NCBI RefSeq assembly: GCF_006345805.1
Contig: NC_043001.1
Location: 70,742,001-70,806,000, forward strand
DNA length: 64,000 bases
From: Octopus sinensis
Taxonomy: Eukaryota
Direction of reading: 5' to 3'
Part shown: positions 1 to 14,089 of the stretch, piece after piece
Numbering within the stretch: the stretch's first letter is position 1
Layout of the letters: the number at the start of each line of letters is the position of its first letter
Notes under the pieces: generated by a model
What the model saw: only the letters and a program-made list of their open reading frames with translations
Databases searched by the model: none
What the model was told of the DNA's origin: nothing
Program-made: the position numbers and the translations under genes

Positions 1-365
1 TGACAGTGATATATAACATAACATTGTTCGAAATTTCAGTATTCTACCTCAAAATATATATCATCAGAATTTTTAAAAATCACGCTACTGACTCTACATG
101 ACACTGTCTTAAATATTCCCAAAATTTAACTTCTAAATCAATGGATCAAAGGACTGAATATTTAAACTATGATTAGGAAATAATGAGGTGTTTTATAGAT
201 ATCTAATGTTAAGTGTGAGATAACTTACAAATTGACGATTCTACGTGCTTTCTTCGAGGATTGGTGAGCGAAAACATGCATACACGTTTATATTTTCATA
301 CATACAGACACACACATGTGTTCTTTACACACGTATATAAATATGTATGCATATGTATGCATATG

Positions 366-398
<33 letters not shown>

Positions 399-438
399 GT
401 ACATATACATATATATATGTATATTCATATAGATATCA

Positions 439-489
<51 letters not shown>

Positions 490-589
490 AAGGAGTTTGT
501 ATGATTTTGCATAGAAGAATATATTACTCAAATGAATTTCAACTATGTTTTTCATGTTTTATTTATAATCTGATAATATTCTTTTTCTT

Positions 590-794
590 TTCTTTTATTC
601 TTTTATTTGTTTCAGTCATGTGATTGTGGCCATGCTGGAGCACCGCTCTTGGTCGAGCAAATCGACCCCAGGACATTCTTTGTAAGCCTAGTAATTATTC
701 TCTTGGTTTCTTCTGCTGAACCGCTAAGTTACGGCGACGTAAATACACCAGCACCGGTTGTCAAGCGATGTTGGGGGGACAAACATACACACAA

Positions 795-854
<60 letters not shown>

Positions 855-856
855 TT

Positions 857-897
<41 letters not shown>

Positions 898-1064
898 TAT
901 TTGACGGTCATCTTTCAGTTTCCGTCTACCAAATTCACTCACAAGGCTTTGGTCGGCCCGAGGCTATAGTAGAAGACCCTTGCCCAAAGTGCCACGCAGT
1001 GGGACTGAACCCGGAACCATGTGATTCGTAAGCAAGCTACTTACCACACAACCACTCCTACGCC
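590..1064 (-). mobile_element. tRNA-headed SINE, family A (head GGCGTAGGAGTGG..GGTTCAGTCCC; internal TA/CA microsatellite)
   Basis: The reverse complement has A-box/B-box-like motifs (TGGTTGTGTGGTAA..GGTTCAGTCCC) and the same body and tail as copies at 24850, 43711 and 45600. Ends approximate. Confidence 0.85.
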
Positions 1065-1065
1065 T

Positions 1066-1750
1066 AATATAATATAAAATAATATTGTAAAAAGAAATGA
1101 AATGAAGTATTATTTGTCTATTCTTAATAATAAATGAAATATTAAATGTCCATTCTTATTGATCATTGCCAGACAGGTAATGCACTATCTGAACGTTCAC
1201 GTGTGTACCGACAACAAATTAAAAATCCAGAAGTCCGCCAAATACCGCTGAGTATTTAGCAATATGTGGCCGGAAAATATTTATAATCTTTCCATTTCAT
1301 AAAATATACAATCCGAATGAAATCGAGAGAAAAGGACTTTATTGATAAATTCAAACCCAAGTTTAATAAACATTAATAAAGAATAGTTTTATTTAAGGTT
1401 TAAAAGTCTTATCACCATATCTAAAAAAATATAAATCTCTAAAAAGTAGTGCTGTCATCATTTCTAAAAATAAACACTGAAAAATGGTATGGCATCATTT
1501 CTAAAAATAGCCAATCAACTATTACTTCTATCCACAGGAATGTGGATAAAGGACAAAATTTAACTAGTCAGCCACAGTTGAAACCAATGAACACAACTGT
1601 CACCACGACCATATGAACCTGAAGATTGCATAAATGCAAGGAAGTATACTAGTTTAATAAGAATGGACATTTAATATTTCATTTGTTCAATAGGAATAGA
1701 CAATACTTCATTTCATTTCGTTGTACTATATTATTTTATATCTTATATTA
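1066..1750 (+). mobile_element. Penelope-like element remnant: GIY-YIG C-terminal fragment, hammerhead motif and inverted 5' copy of its 3' end
   Basis: 1172-1375 translates (with frameshifts) to QTGNALSERSRVYRQQIKNPEVRQIPLS..EKDFIDKFKPKFNK, typical of PLE GIY-YIG ends. 1066-1160 is the reverse complement of 1656-1750. Confidence 0.7.
1614..1656 (+). ncRNA. Type I hammerhead ribozyme remnant with one core substitution
   Basis: UGAAC-CUGAAGA-UUGCAU aa AUGCAA-GGAA (consensus GAAA)-palindromic AGUAUACU-A, then GUUUA closing helix I. Confidence 0.6.
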
Positions 1751-1791
1751 ATATTATGTATATAAATAAAAGGTGAAAAACACTTATATAA

Positions 1792-1842
<51 letters not shown>

Positions 1843-4800
1843 ACATACATACATACTACATACATACATACACACATACATACATACATACATACATACA
1901 TACATACATACATACATACATACATACATACATAGCCACACACTGATATACGCGCCCACACAGACACGTGCACATATGTATGATTTCATCAAGAGGCCGA
2001 AAATCAGATGCCTTACAAAACTAAGCGCTAGGTAGTCATTTTTATCCACCAGTAACATTCGTAGCTCCTCGAATTCATATTGTCTGTCTGCCAACAATAA
2101 GTATTTCGGTGTCCTTGGTCCTCTATTAAGCTTAGAAAGTTTTTCAGCACTATGGATTGTTGTTGAGCACAATAGTAGTGAGTGAGCTGAAAAGCCTATG
2201 CTACTTTTGAGCATCAGTAGTTGAGACAGTTGGAAAGAGTTAATAAATCTCCTCTTTGCTCTTGAGGCTATTATATGACATGCTTTGACATCCATGAGAA
2301 ACCTAGTTCATGTAGCATCAATGTGAAATCTAAGCATCAATTATCAGTTCAGTTTTCGACACCATGCAGATGAATGCTCTCTACGCACCCCTTGATATTC
2401 TTGTGTGGTCTCATCATCATCAGCTGCAGCACCTGCAGAAGCAGCAAGAACAGTATCACCATCATCATAATCATCATCATCATTATCATCATCATTGTCT
2501 ATCTACTAGAATACTTAGATTATGAACTTCGTCCAGTGCGATAATAGATATGTCACATATCTCATTCTATGGTCAGTGTGTTTCTATCGTCAGCAAAATG
2601 CCACATCACTATCAGGGGCCCAACGACGGTATTTAAAGGGCCCCCATAGTCCATGCTCGAATAGGAAAATGACATTTCTGATATCAAGGCCAACAGAAAA
2701 CTCCACATTTCTTTTAGATGATACAACAAACTACAGATGTCCTCGTGATATCTAGGTGGTGAATTGAGGCGGTGGTGGGGACGTAGTGTTATTAACAGTA
2801 CACTGTTAACCTTGAAAACCATTTAGTGTATCTGTATGTAGCAGCCATTAAGGGACTTGGCTATACACCTAATGAAGATATATACTTCACGACATAATAT
2901 GAGGTTTGTCTCTCTCTCTGCTATGAGGAAGTGTTTACATAGAATGAAATCTCAGATAATCTTCATGTCTTCTATGTAAGGCCACAGAGCGCATTCATGT
3001 CTCTATGCTCACCCGCTATTCGATGGTCTGAACTTATATGCTCTACATAAAGATAAAAAAACAATACGCCATTTTGAGAAAAACGCGTACACACATTGTA
3101 TTTACTTCTTTCAGATATTGATATTCAAAAATTTCAGTATTATTATAGAGGTGTCATTTTAAGAGCTGTCAATTTTTCCGTTAAGTGAAAGTATGAAGAC
3201 AACCATTTCCTCATAGAACAGACCTGAACAACTTCTAACTAACGCACTTCATTTTGTTTCCACTTCATACACAAAATTTATTATATAATTCAAAATCAAA
3301 TTCTTTTCTTTTTGTTTTTTGATATTTTTATAAAATTTCAAATCTCAAAACTTACAACTTTTATCTAGTTATTCATTATTTAGTTTTTCATTTTAATCTC
3401 CAGTTTTTCTCCAATAAATTGCTGTTGTGTTTCTTATTGCTTTCAAAACTGGAAAATTAGAAATGGTGATGTATGTGTTTGAGAATATTTTGTTTACACT
3501 TTTCATTCAAAGTGTATGTCTATGCGTGCGTGAGTGCGTGTATGTGTATGGATGTGAGTATGTCTGTGTGTGCGTGTGTGTGTACGCCAATGTCAGCGTG
3601 TGCATGTGTATGTGTATGTTAGTATTATATGTGCATGTGTGTTTGCTTATGTTAGTGAATGTGTATGTATTTGGGTGTATATGTAAGTGTGTGTGTCTGT
3701 AACACAATAGAATAGCGGTTGATGAAAATATCGAAACAATTCTCTTTTATCAGTCCATCCCCAGAGCTGGCTATTGTTTTTGCATGCTTTTAATTTTCTT
3801 GCTTAATGGATTCTTTTAACCATATTCTTTGTAAACATTCTCACTATAGATTGTTTTTAGTTTTGATTTGTGCTTAATTTCATAGACTGGAGGAAAATAA
3901 AAAGGAAATCTAAAAAAGTCAACATTGAATTCAAAACGCTAACATTGACATTTTAAGTTGTTATTTATGAAATTTATTTATATTTCGTAGAATTATTATC
4001 AAAATTTATGACAATACGTTAGTACAGCGACACAAGACATTACTAAGATAGGACATTCTCTGTTGATAAAGTTGTCATTAAATATTATAGATAATGTCTT
4101 GTCTCAGAATGAGAGACAGATGACTATGCAATATGTGTGCGCATGTGTGTGTATGTGTGTACTGGTATTTGCTCGCGTGTTTGACGTGTGTGTGTGCTTG
4201 CGTGTGTGTTTAAGAGAGAGAGTGTGTGTGCGTGTACGTGTGCGTATGCATATGTGTGTGTGACTCAAGGCCCGTGTGTGCGTTTTTATACTTGAATTCC
4301 AAGATCCTTCATCTGGTGCTGAAATACAATTTTTTCTCACTCGAGCGAGTTATTATGATTAGAAACATAGGCACTGGTTTTATTTCACGTCATAATTAGT
4401 CAATATAATTAGTCAAATTTTAAACTATTTTTACCAAATGACTAATCAATTCCTTGATTAAGCGCGCGGCCCTTCTATCTATCAATTAATCAATCAGCGA
4501 TGATATGTCATTCATGAGGTCGAGGATAGTGACAAAAGAAATCTGAATAATCTTGCTAAATGATTGATTGACCGAACAAACAATCGATTGGTCAATTGGA
4601 TTAATGGTTACCTAGTTGACTAATTACAGTAAAATTAGTGAAACATTTCCGATGCGTGTGTTTTGTATTGGCGTAATCACACTCTGAAGTTTTTTAAAGC
4701 ACATACATAATATCTCTGTGAGAAGTGAATACTATAATTAAACTACATGCTTTGCCTTCTGTAAGTCTACCCGCGACTATTTTCGGTATTTGTTATTTTT

Positions 4801-7800
4801 GACTGATATTCATAAGCAAAATGAAATATATAAATTACACCTAATTATGCTATGCACAAACATATATTTGCAAAATCATTTGTAAAATAATGTAGCAGTT
4901 CGTAACACGAATAGAAGAACCTTTAAAACAGAGGAAAGAATAAATAAAAACATTCTGGATTAATCTAAAGAAGGAAGTTCGGAAACGTTCTCGATAAGCA
5001 TCCTGGAACGATAATAGATTGGGTAACGCACACTGTTGTTAAATAAAAATATGCATTCATCCAGTTCCTGAAGTAAATCGCTCCTATACAAAATTTGTCA
5101 ATCATTAGTTCCGCCATTACCGCTAATAACCTAATAACATACAAAATTATTCCAAGCTAGAAAAAAAAATATTTTCTGTAATAATAACTTATTGATAATT
5201 AAAAAAATAGCACAGCTATGTTTGATATCTGCATACGTGTGCATAGACGGAGTCGCATAAATACTCGATACACTATTTCTTCATATTTTAAATAAAACGA
5301 TATTGAATTGCAAGTGTAGTGTAAGGTTGAACTTTTCTTCAATATGTTTTGCCTAAATTATTGAAGAGTCATATAAACAAAGATTGGAACAAAATTCTTT
5401 TCTCTACATTGATTTGTAATCAATGTAAACAAGATTGATTACCAATCATTTTAAGTTCATATACATATGCCCTTTAAAACATTTTCAAATCCCACACCTC
5501 ATCATATCTACCAACCACAGTTTTGACAACTTTGAAATTTAACTGCTTAAGATATAACTGTAATTTAAATAAAACATCTATTACAAAATCGTGACAGGAA
5601 AATTCCCCTACTATTCGACGAGTCATATAATGTCGAAACTTTTAATCAAGATATGTATAAACACCATATGAGTGTTTGTGCGTGCATGCGCGTATGAGCA
5701 TGTGTGTGTGTGTGCGTGTGTGTGTACGCGTGTGTGTACGCGTGTGTGTGTACGCGTGTGTGAACGCGTATGTGTGTGTGTGCGAGTCTTTGTGTGTGAC
5801 TGCAATCTAAGACGGGTAATCATGGCAACGCTTTAACTTTATCAATCTCATCAGTCTGGAAGTAGCAGTGAATTTCAAAGGGTACAGCCACGTCTTTCAG
5901 TTTAAACAAGAAAAAAAAAAAAGAAAAGAAAAAAATGAACAGATATATGTGTCTTAAGTGATCGGAATACATTCAATTGTGTGCTGTGAATGCTGGAAAA
6001 TTGTAATAAGATTAACACTTAATATTATTTTTCTTTTCACTTCGCATATTTTGTCAAGAATTTCTAGTTAGCATTTTTAATACCGCGTCTACAGAATATA
6101 TTAACACTCTCTTTCCGAAATATTATAATGCATTCATTTATGTTGGTAACTGCTTTGATGATGCCCTATTATAAGTTGTCTCTGTGCAATACACCGTGTA
6201 TGTGATTAGCAATATTGATTTTTCTCAAATCAATATATGTTGACTATTACTAAGTTATATCTAAAAATTAAAAAAAAGTAATTATATTATTAATTACTGA
6301 AATATTATAAGGAAACAGTTAAATGTGTATTAACTATGCTTCGCAAATATTGTAAACTTGACAACTTTTATTCGTGCAATCTGCGACAATACAATAAGGA
6401 ATCTCTTCGACATTTAATACTTTTTAGACACTGTTACCATTCGTCTGTATAAATACCTTTGTTCAATAAACGTGAAACCTTTAGAATTCTGTTTATAACA
6501 TGAATTCTCCAGCATGCAACATACTGATCAGCAATTCTATATATTATTGTTATTCAATAATAACGAATATTTTCTAAACCTCTATTTGCTTCTTGCATGT
6601 TCCTAACATTCAGTTCTGCTATTCTCTAGGCCCTTGCAGAAGCCATGATTAAAGTCTTAATTATTCCATTATCAACGTTCTTGCTTTTATAGATTCTTTC
6701 CCATTATATGAAATCATTTCTTATGTCGTACACGGCTACAGTATATTGTATAATATCGTGATATGCGTATTATAAAGCTTTCCAATTGATTACACATCAA
6801 TATGTTCTTTATATTTTGTATTAAATAAGGTTTTATTCCGGTGCTATATGTCATGCAAATGTTTACCATCCCTGGGTTTCTTTATTTGCAATTTCTGTAC
6901 GCGCTATATTAGGGTACTCAAGTGAACTGTTTATAATGTTTTATTCTATAGGAATATTATGCAGTTATAATGAAATTTGTATATAACTCAACAAATATTT
7001 TGCAACAACATCCAACGTCGATTTCATGTTAGACTCAAGATTTCGCACTCCTACCAGCAATGGATAATGCAACTACTAATACAGAGGTAACAATGGCCGA
7101 TAAGAGGCAGATAGTTTGCTACTATCGAAAATAGTTTCAAGATTTTGGATGCATTTCTTGTCAGAGTAATTGACTTAGCCTGCAGTATTCAATTTAATGC
7201 AAATTTACTTGAAGCGAAATTTAGACCCGTGAAGAAAACGAACCTGAAAATGTAAATTTATCTCTTGATCTACTTTGTTACATAAAATCTTAATTAGTAA
7301 TGTCATACTTTACTTAAGTTGCTGAAATTAAGTTACATGCACAATCAGAATTGTAACAGAGACAAATACTTTATGAACATTGAATATGCAGTTGCTATTG
7401 ATTAGCATTGTGTGAAATTGTATTCAGTATAACTATAACCACCCTAATCCATTTAGGTTGTCAATGAAGGATACGTAAGGATAGGAAGGATACGTAAGAT
7501 AATATTATCTTACGTACCCTTCCTTTATTTAATGTTGTTGTCAAACAATATCTCAAATTGAAATATATAGCATTTGAACATTATACTTTACATTTTATAT
7601 AGTGGTGGTGGTGGAGTGAAATATAATTGATTGTATCGATATCAATATTCCAGTAGGATCCTTTGATGCTATCGGTACATGAAGCCGGAATAATCCTTAT
7701 TTCCAAGCCATTCGGGACGCTTCTGAGTAATCTGGGACGCCATTCCGTCGCACAAGTAAATTCCAGTTGCCATATTCAGCAAGAAATATTTGAGTAATAT

Positions 7801-9019
7801 GAAATATCTTGCTCAATGAGTCAGCGTGTCGCCCTGTCCTAGATTCGAACTAACGACCTAACGCTCCTGAACTATACATCCTAAATTCTAAGTCATGCAC
7901 ATTCGCATGCTTATATTTATTGTTTCTTTAGATTTCACAACTGGATGATTGAAATCCAAAATTAACTTTAAGGGTATTTGAACTCGGCAAATAGTAGAAC
8001 CTAACTTGATTCAATAACACCCTTTGTCTGACACTGCAAAAATTTCGCCAACCTATGCCCTGCACCGTTTGAATGCCACATAATTCAACAGAGTTGGCAA
8101 TCAAATAAAGTGGATTTGTTTTGGCAATTTATCCTAAAGCTGGCATTGAAATGTAGAAATATTATTGACTTTTGCATTGATTGATAACATTTGCCTCAGA
8201 CGTCACATGCAATTATGTTGCAATTATTTAAAACTTTTAACAAGTTTGTGAATAGTAATTAGGATTCTAATCTGACGGTGTATTTGATACATGTATAAAG
8301 ATTAGAGGTGAAGAGACAGAATTTTGATTTTGCAAAAATTTATGTACTTTAGGCTCTTTCGTTATTGTATTCATTCTCTCCGAGAAATGATTTCATGAGA
8401 CTGTCCTCTAAGTTGATGGGGGTTATTAGGTGCCTGATTTCTAAAATTTAAATGAATTATACGACTAAATTAAACATTGATTTGTTATGTGCATTTATCG
8501 TAGTTTGCTGGTTTCTTTGCAAAAAAAAAAACGAAAAAAGATTCATAACAACATCTTCTTGAAGCATAAGTAGTTTCCTCCCAGAGAATTAAATATATGC
8601 ATGATGTGTAACAAAGTAAATAGTGAACCGTTTAATATTACGAGAAAATAAACTTGAATCAGCATAAATACAGAGCAACTTCACTGAATATTCAACAGCA
8701 TAAGTTCACTAAATGAAATACCTTCATGTTGTTTAGGAAATTATTTTTACCATAATAGGGCATCGAAATTGTCTGGAACTTTTTAGGAAACTTTTCCTCT
8801 TTTTTTAGTGCAGCAATCAAAAAATATTATGTATTCGCAGAGATATATAAATTTCATAAAACACGTTTCTAAGAAGACACTTCATATAATTAATATAAAT
8901 TCAGATATTGTTTTCACCACTTAAAAATCAACTGAATACTTATACAAATTTTGCCACTGTGAAACGCATAAATCTAAAACAATTAAAACTATTAAAACGT
9001 CACATTTTATCTTTCTTTA

Positions 9020-9980
9020 CCTCCATGATCCCGGAGAATGGTGGGAGAATAACGGATGAAACAGGAACGGAAAAGAAGGGAATTTACCTGGACCGGAAAT
9101 GGACAACGAGAAAGGAAGCGGTAAAGGAATGTTAGATGAGGAATTCAGCTGCTGCGGAAAGGTGTTTGCTAGTTACATTGGACTGAGAATTCATCAAGGA
9201 AAGGTGTGTCAGAGGAAAGTAATTGAAAAACCATAAGACGTGTGGCTAGAACCTCCTAGAAAGAAACCATAGCGAAGGTCATTCCACAGTTGAATCGGAA
9301 CAGCCACAAAGTGATAGGCGTGAAGAAGCCAAATATTAAGTGGTCGAAGGGAAATGATGCAGCGAGCTATAATAGATTCGACGGCGAAGTAGCAAGAATG
9401 ACCACCAAATTCAAAGGAGACCTCGAACAAAAGCTCGAGAGCTTGGCTAATATGATCTTCCAGGAAGGAGAGAAAAGATTTGAACTTGAGTGGAGAATCA
9501 TAGGCAAAGGGCGGACCATGGAGGAGAGACAGACGGATCGCAAAGATACGAGAAGAGAAGAAAAAACTCAGAACCTGATGGAGGGATGCAAAAGAGGGGG
9601 CAAAAGAAGGGTTAAAACATCTATATGAAGAGATAAAAAAGAGGCATCGAGAACTACTAAGAACAGAAAGAAGGAAGAACAGAAGAAAAGAGAGAGAAAA
9701 GAGCTATCACAGTTTTGTAAACAACCCATAACAATATGCAAAACGTTTATTTACTGAAAGTAAAAGGGGAAGATTGGATTGCAAGAAAGAGGAACTCGAA
9801 CGCCGTCTTAAAGGGACATACAGCGACGCTGATAGAAATAAAGTACTCCCAGAAATGCACGGGCTGAAGAAATCGCCTGAACCAAGGATACCATTCAATT
9901 CGAGTGACATCAGACGAAAGGAAATGGATTAGTTCATAAGAAAAGCAAGAGCAAAATGTTCACCAGGGAACGATGGAGTA
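9020..9980 (+). mobile_element. 5' fragment of a HERO-like (RLE-clade) non-LTR retrotransposon, disrupted
   Basis: N-terminal zinc-finger-like CCGKVFASYIGLRIHQGKVC, then IKWSKGND..KLESLANMIFQEGEKRF and ..IRKARAKCSPGNDGV (RT entry motif), matching my recollection of HERO ORFs. Stops and frameshifts present. Confidence 0.65.
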
Positions 9981-11085
9981 TTGCCCGAAATTAACTTCAG
10001 GTCGTCCATGAATAACAAGTGGTTCAGTTTTTCCCTTACCTCTTCCCAGATCATACCCCAACTTTGTTTTCTGTAGTATTTTACTTAAGGGGATCATTCC
10101 CAGCATGAAGATCAATGGGGACACACTGTCCTCCTGGAAGATACCTCTCTTGATTTTCACCTCTACTAATATTTGATTCCCTGCACTCAATTCCGTTCTC
10201 CAGTACTTCATGCTATTCCATACAGCGGAAGGCATGTTATTGATATAATGTTGGATACAACATTGCCGTTTTCAGGATCCTTGGCACATAAGAATGGCTT
10301 TCCCTTTGTCATCCATCTGGGGACTGCGCCTTCCTGCAAGCATTCATCTAGCTGTTGCGCTATCCTTTCAGCTTCTTCATCCAATAACCTTGGACTACAT
10401 CCGGTCCTGGGCTCTTCCAATTTGAGAATTTTCTTAAATATTTTTTATCATATCTGTAGTTATTTTTATGTCTGCTTAGCCTTCTGTATTTCTTAACCTA
10501 GTTTGGATTTCATGCAAGCACTCTGCTTCATCATTATGCTCTACAGGTTGGTCCCAGATCCCACTCCAGAATGCCTTGCTTTTCTCTGCATCTGGTATTT
10601 TGTTACGTGAAAATGCCCATCTAGTTCCTGAAACATTTTGTTCTGATTTTCTTCAAATAGTCTATTTTGCCTGAATTGTTTTATTCTCTTGTCGTATATT
10701 TCCAGTTTTGCTTTGATTGCTACTACTCTTTGTTTCAATTCTTTCAATATTTCATCATATCTTTTATCTCTTATTCTGTGTTCTTTCTTATGCTTTCGTT
10801 CTGCAATTTCCCACTTCCCAATCTGTCAACTTGTCCTAAATACCTTTTTAACTTCCTTTCGTAGAAATTCGTCTACTCTAGTATGGTTCTTTACGTTCTG
10901 TTTGTTCTCTTCTTTCCTATCCAACTCTACCTGTAGCAACCATAGCTGCAGCCCAAATAATCTTGCTAGTTTCAGTTATATTTCTCGTGTGGAATAGCCC
11001 AAGAACCGAAACTATCTTTTCGGATTCAACTTTAAACTTGCGTCGATCAATGTACCTCAGATTGGGGGATGCTTGATCCGGGTCT
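9981..11085 (-). mobile_element. R4/Dong-like non-LTR retrotransposon RT fragment with internal deletion
   Basis: Minus-strand motifs ELKQRVVAIKAKLEIYDKRIKQFRQNRLF, PRWMTKG..KDPENGN..ITCLPL, KRGIFQEDSVSPLIF and HLLFMDDLKL (near 10000). The segment normally between CLPL and NSMKYW is missing. Confidence 0.8.
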
Positions 11086-11157
11086 TCTCTAATATATCGA
11101 CACAGTATTGTCGTTGCTGCTGTTGCTTTTGTTGTTGTTGCTTTTGTTGTTGTTGTT

Positions 11158-11345
11158 GAGGTAGCGAGCTGACATAATCGTTATCGGCATTTCGTCTGTC
11201 TTTAAGTTCTGAGTTCAAATTCCACCAAGGTCGACTTAGCATGTCAACCCTCCTGGAGTCGATATTATAAGTACTAGTTGAAGACTGGGGTTGATGTGAT
11301 CGACTTTCCGAAATTGCTGGCCTTGTGCCAAAATTTGAAACTATT
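11158..11345 (+). mobile_element. tRNA-headed SINE, family C (GGCGAGCTGGCAG..GAGTTCAAATTCC..GGGGTCGAT)
   Basis: Homologous to copies at 19500, 20480, 55150 and 55345; B-box-like GTTCAAAT. Confidence 0.8.
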
Positions 11346-11479
11346 ATTATTATTGTTGCTGTTATTGTTGTTGTCGTCGTCATCGCCATCATCAAGGTGA
11401 TTATCAGCAGTAGTACTTGTAGTAGTAGTAGTAGTTGTGGTGGTGGTGATGGTGGTGGTGGTGGTATTATTATTATTAT

Positions 11480-11530
<51 letters not shown>

Positions 11531-11600
11531 GAAGAGGAGGAGGAGGAGGAGGAGGAGGAGGAGGAGAAGCAGTAGTAGTAACATTATTATTATAATTAGT
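11346..11600. repeat. Compound trinucleotide microsatellite (ATT/GTT/AGT/GGT/AGG)n
   Basis: Directly visible; explains the poly-L/T/S ORFs in the track. Confidence 0.95.
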
Positions 11601-14089
11601 AATCATGTTAAGGGCATTGAATTAGGGAAATCTATAGAGTGTATGACAAAATATCTTCCGGATCTCTACGTTCTGATGCCAAATTTCCCTGAAGACAATG
11701 TTAACTTTCATTTTTCGATAAAATATAGTTGCCATAAATTAATCAGTCGGTGGTATTGTTCAACACCTCCAAAATTTTGGGCGCTGTACCTGTATCAGAA
11801 ACTAGACTTTTAATAGCTGTGGGCTAAGAGAATCAGTACAGCATCGGCCAAAATTACTTCCGGGATGTTTCAACGATATGTATTCTGATTTCAAATCCTA
11901 CGAAGTGAAATTACTCTTCATCCGAAAGGGACAATAAAGTAGAGTACCAATCAAAAACCGGAGTCGATATAATCCGTTATTCCTCTACCATAATTTTCAT
12001 GTCTTACGTCTAATTTACAAAAGCTATTACATTTTGTTGTTCATCAGTTGTTCAGTCTATTTTACTTGATCGTAATCTTCAGGATGCTATTAAACCCCTT
12101 ATTATACATTATTGTATAATTTATTATGACAGTTGTGTGTGTTTCTAGTAATTAAGTTATTCAAAGCTAATATCTGAAGGAACAATGATCAAAGGTGAAT
12201 TATTTAAATAGAATCTGCATTGATATCTGACAGCATCAAATATAAAGATACTATACAACTGCATAAGCTTGATATGTGACAAAAGAGAACATTTCTGTGA
12301 GGCAGTTAATACAATTCAGTAATGAAGTGCAAACAAGAAAACGACAATAGTAATGTTGTACATCCAACTAATTGTTTCAGGGTGAACAAAATTATTTAAG
12401 ACACCTGAATTGTGCCAGATCTTTATAGAATGGGATCTTTATCATTTCCAAGAAAAAACAGTTACGTTACTTAATGCGTGAATATAATGTGTGAATATAA
12501 AAGAACCATGTGTGAATGTTACTTAATGTGTGGATATAAAGGCAAAAGACAAGAGGCATGCAACATTTGGCATATTTTCTGTTACTAATCCCTCCAAAAA
12601 TGTCACATTTTGTTTTAAATACCATAAATAAAATAATAAAATATTAAAATTGCCCCTTTTGTTACAATATTTTGGTTGAAATAAAGTTTCTGCTTCAGTT
12701 TTATTTTCTAAATCCATATAGAGTCCATACAGCCGTAAAACGTCTGATGTTGAAAAACGGCTTCCTGTGCATCGTGCTAGACAGGCAGATATTTTATCAA
12801 ACCCGAAAGGTTGGAAGGTAATGTTAACTTCAGTGGTATTTGACCTTACAGAGTAGACAGACGGATCCTGTCCAACATTCTAACGATTCTGTTACGTCAT
12901 TACCTTGATTGAAGAACGCAAATATATTTTATCCTGCAAAATATAATAGGAGGTGATGATAGTGGATATCCGTCGTTTGAAGATGAAGATATTTAGTTGT
13001 TCTATCAACTGAATAACCCACTCCTGAATTAATGAATAGGTATCTGATTTCACACACACCTGTTAATCCTCAGCCTAATTCTCTGGCAGAATCAATATGA
13101 CGTAATGCATATGACAAGGCTTTACATTTGAATTATAGGAACAATCCAACCGACGGGCTTCTATAGTGTGATCATGTACTCAGTTTCACTCACAAAACAT
13201 GTGTCGTCCCTAGACTACAGAATATTACATTTTTTCATAACGTTACGCAGTGAGATTGAATCCGTGACCACTTGTTTGTGAAACGAACTACATAAGTATT
13301 CGGTCATAGAGCTTCTGTTAAGTACAATTAGCTGGTAACTCTATGTTAACATCTCCATTATTGCTATGAAGTTTACTGTTAAGATGTTTATTTATTCATA
13401 ATGCTGCACATCACGTTTAATCGGTTTGACATTAAGTCGAATGAATGAACATATGTTCAAAATAATTCGGGCGTGACCATCTCGTAGTTTTCCAAGACTC
13501 GATGTGACCCAGGACACAATGTACCATTCTAAGGTAGGAATTGTTATTTGAGAGCTGGTAATCATAGCCGAGATTCATGAAACTAAGCAAAAACGAATGT
13601 AATAAAAATGTTGACAACATAATACTAACGAAAATAATAGCAATGAAAATAATTAATATTATTTCTTGATTCACAACATAGGCTAACACCTTAATTGAAC
13701 TAAAGACGAAAAAGTAATAGCAATAATAACAGTAATGAAAATAACTATTATTATGTCTTTATTGACAACAAGAATATAAAAATATAATAGAAACCATTTT
13801 CTACAGGAAGGCTGCATCAAATCTGCACTGGAGTAGACACATGACAGGGCTGGAATCGAAATATAACATGAGAGACAGATTATAATCTAGAAAAAAACAA
13901 AATACACACCTCTGAAGGGCTGGGATGCTGCTGCTAGTTGGGGAACACCAGGTGATCGAAGGCTCCAAGATTGATATCAAATACCCCTAGCCATCAGTCA
14001 ACTGCCACATCCATCTTACGAATCACTCCATACGTATCTTTGGCATTGGCTGAACAGCGAAGACCACCACGTCCTTTAAATAGTTTATG

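Noticed and set aside
7932-7973. AG..GT-bounded exon-like segment
   Set aside because: Stop codons in all three frames.
12167-12194. Possible 28-nt upstream exon (LISEGTMIK)
   Set aside because: Weak acceptor, and such short open AG..GT segments arise easily by chance.
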